Of a stretch of DNA of 26,514 nt, positions 25,862-26,514 are shown one piece after another. The notes below the pieces were generated by a model. It saw only the letters and a list, made by a program, of their open reading frames with translations. It made no database searches and had not been told where the DNA came from. A program made the position numbers and the translations under genes. Numbering within the stretch: position 1 is the first letter of the stretch; the number at the start of each line of letters is the position of its first letter. The DNA comes from a virus. Its lineage: Duplodnaviria > Caudoviricetes. The DNA lies in the IMG/VR virus record IMGVR_UViG_3300030095_004573, positions 1-26,514 of that record; one strand, 5' to 3'.

Positions 25862-26433
25862 TAGCTTCTAACCCTCAAAAGAACTTTACTTGCTCCAAAG
25901 GAACCTATTAACCAACAATTTAATACATCTACTAACCAGGGAAACTTTTGTAAAACAATTGGAGCTGAGGCATCAACTTTTATAGATGCACCTTCTTTTA
26001 CATCATAAAATTCTTGTCTTAATTCTCCAAGTTGTTGAGTCTTTAAACTACCTTTTGTGTCATTGTTTGCACCTCCTCCAATGATTGCATCTGAATCTTT
26101 ATGTAATGCCAAAGCTAAATAAGCGCAGGCTTGACGAATAGGAAGAGGGATTGCTGTTTCTGTTGTCTTTACTCCTTTGCAACTAGCATTTTTTCTTGGC
26201 CATTGAAGTGCTTGTTCTACTGTTGAATCATCTGTTGCTGGAGTACAGCGATCACCTAAAAATGAAAGAACTTCTAGGCTTTCAGTAGAAGCCATTAATG
26301 CAGATTGTTTTTGAGCTGTAGTTAATGCTGCCCATTCAGTGTTTTGGAGACTATTGCCAAAAATAGTATCTGCTGTTGCAACTGGAATATAAGATGTTGA
26401 ATCTTTCCCTCCCAGCGTTGAATCAAATGTCAT
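25861..26433 (-). CDS. Head-tail adaptor/connector protein
   Basis: SYIPVATAD, QALQWPR and IPLPIRQACAYLAL motifs typical of phage head-tail connectors (DnaT-like-domain family). Confidence 0.82.
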   Translation of the reverse strand: MTFDSTLGGKDSTSYIPVATADTIFGNSLQNTEWAALTTAQKQSALMASTESLEVLSFLGDRCTPATDDSTVEQALQWPRKNASCKGVKTTETAIPLPIRQACAYLALALHKDSDAIIGGGANNDTKGSLKTQQLGELRQEFYDVKEGASIKVDASAPIVLQKFPWLVDVLNCWLIGSFGASKVLLRVRS

Positions 26434-26514
26434 AGGAATAAAGAAGTTTCCAGCCCATTAAATTTAATTGTAACTGTTTTAATTGCGCCTCTCTAGGGGG
26501 AAGGTTAATTACTT

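Larger units (their letters stand above)
1..26514. mobile_element. Segment of a temperate siphovirus genome, apparently non-integrated (intact attP); probable picocyanobacterial host
   Basis: Terminase, tyrosine integrase, tRNA-derived attP with phage genes on both sides, tail tube, tape measure, tip and fibre genes; no sheath gene and no host housekeeping genes. Host is inferred. Confidence 0.93.

Overview
The whole window is AT-rich DNA from a temperate siphovirus. Gene style and a tRNA-fMet attP suggest a marine picocyanobacterial (Prochlorococcus-like) host; this is inference. From left to right it holds: a leftward early/replication-type operon; terminase small and large subunits; a ~215-nt promoter-to-terminator unit with no ORF (candidate sRNA); a leftward tyrosine integrase operon; an intact attP (3' half of tRNA-fMet with terminator, arm-type repeats and 10-bp-phased repeats); a ~19-kb rightward tail module; and convergent head-tail adaptor/stopper genes. 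The tail module runs neck, terminator, tail tube, chaperone, tape measure, tip proteins, two more tube paralogues and two fibres, one with ~57 17-aa repeats and an S74 chaperone. Best leads: (1) a two-hairpin RNA element whose loops are complementary to the leader and start codon of the downstream tail chaperone gene; (2) a gpG/gpGT-type frameshift that must be +1/-2, not -1; (3) the orphan sRNA after terL; (4) the tail module appears inverted relative to the neck genes, with one breakpoint at the attP arm repeat.
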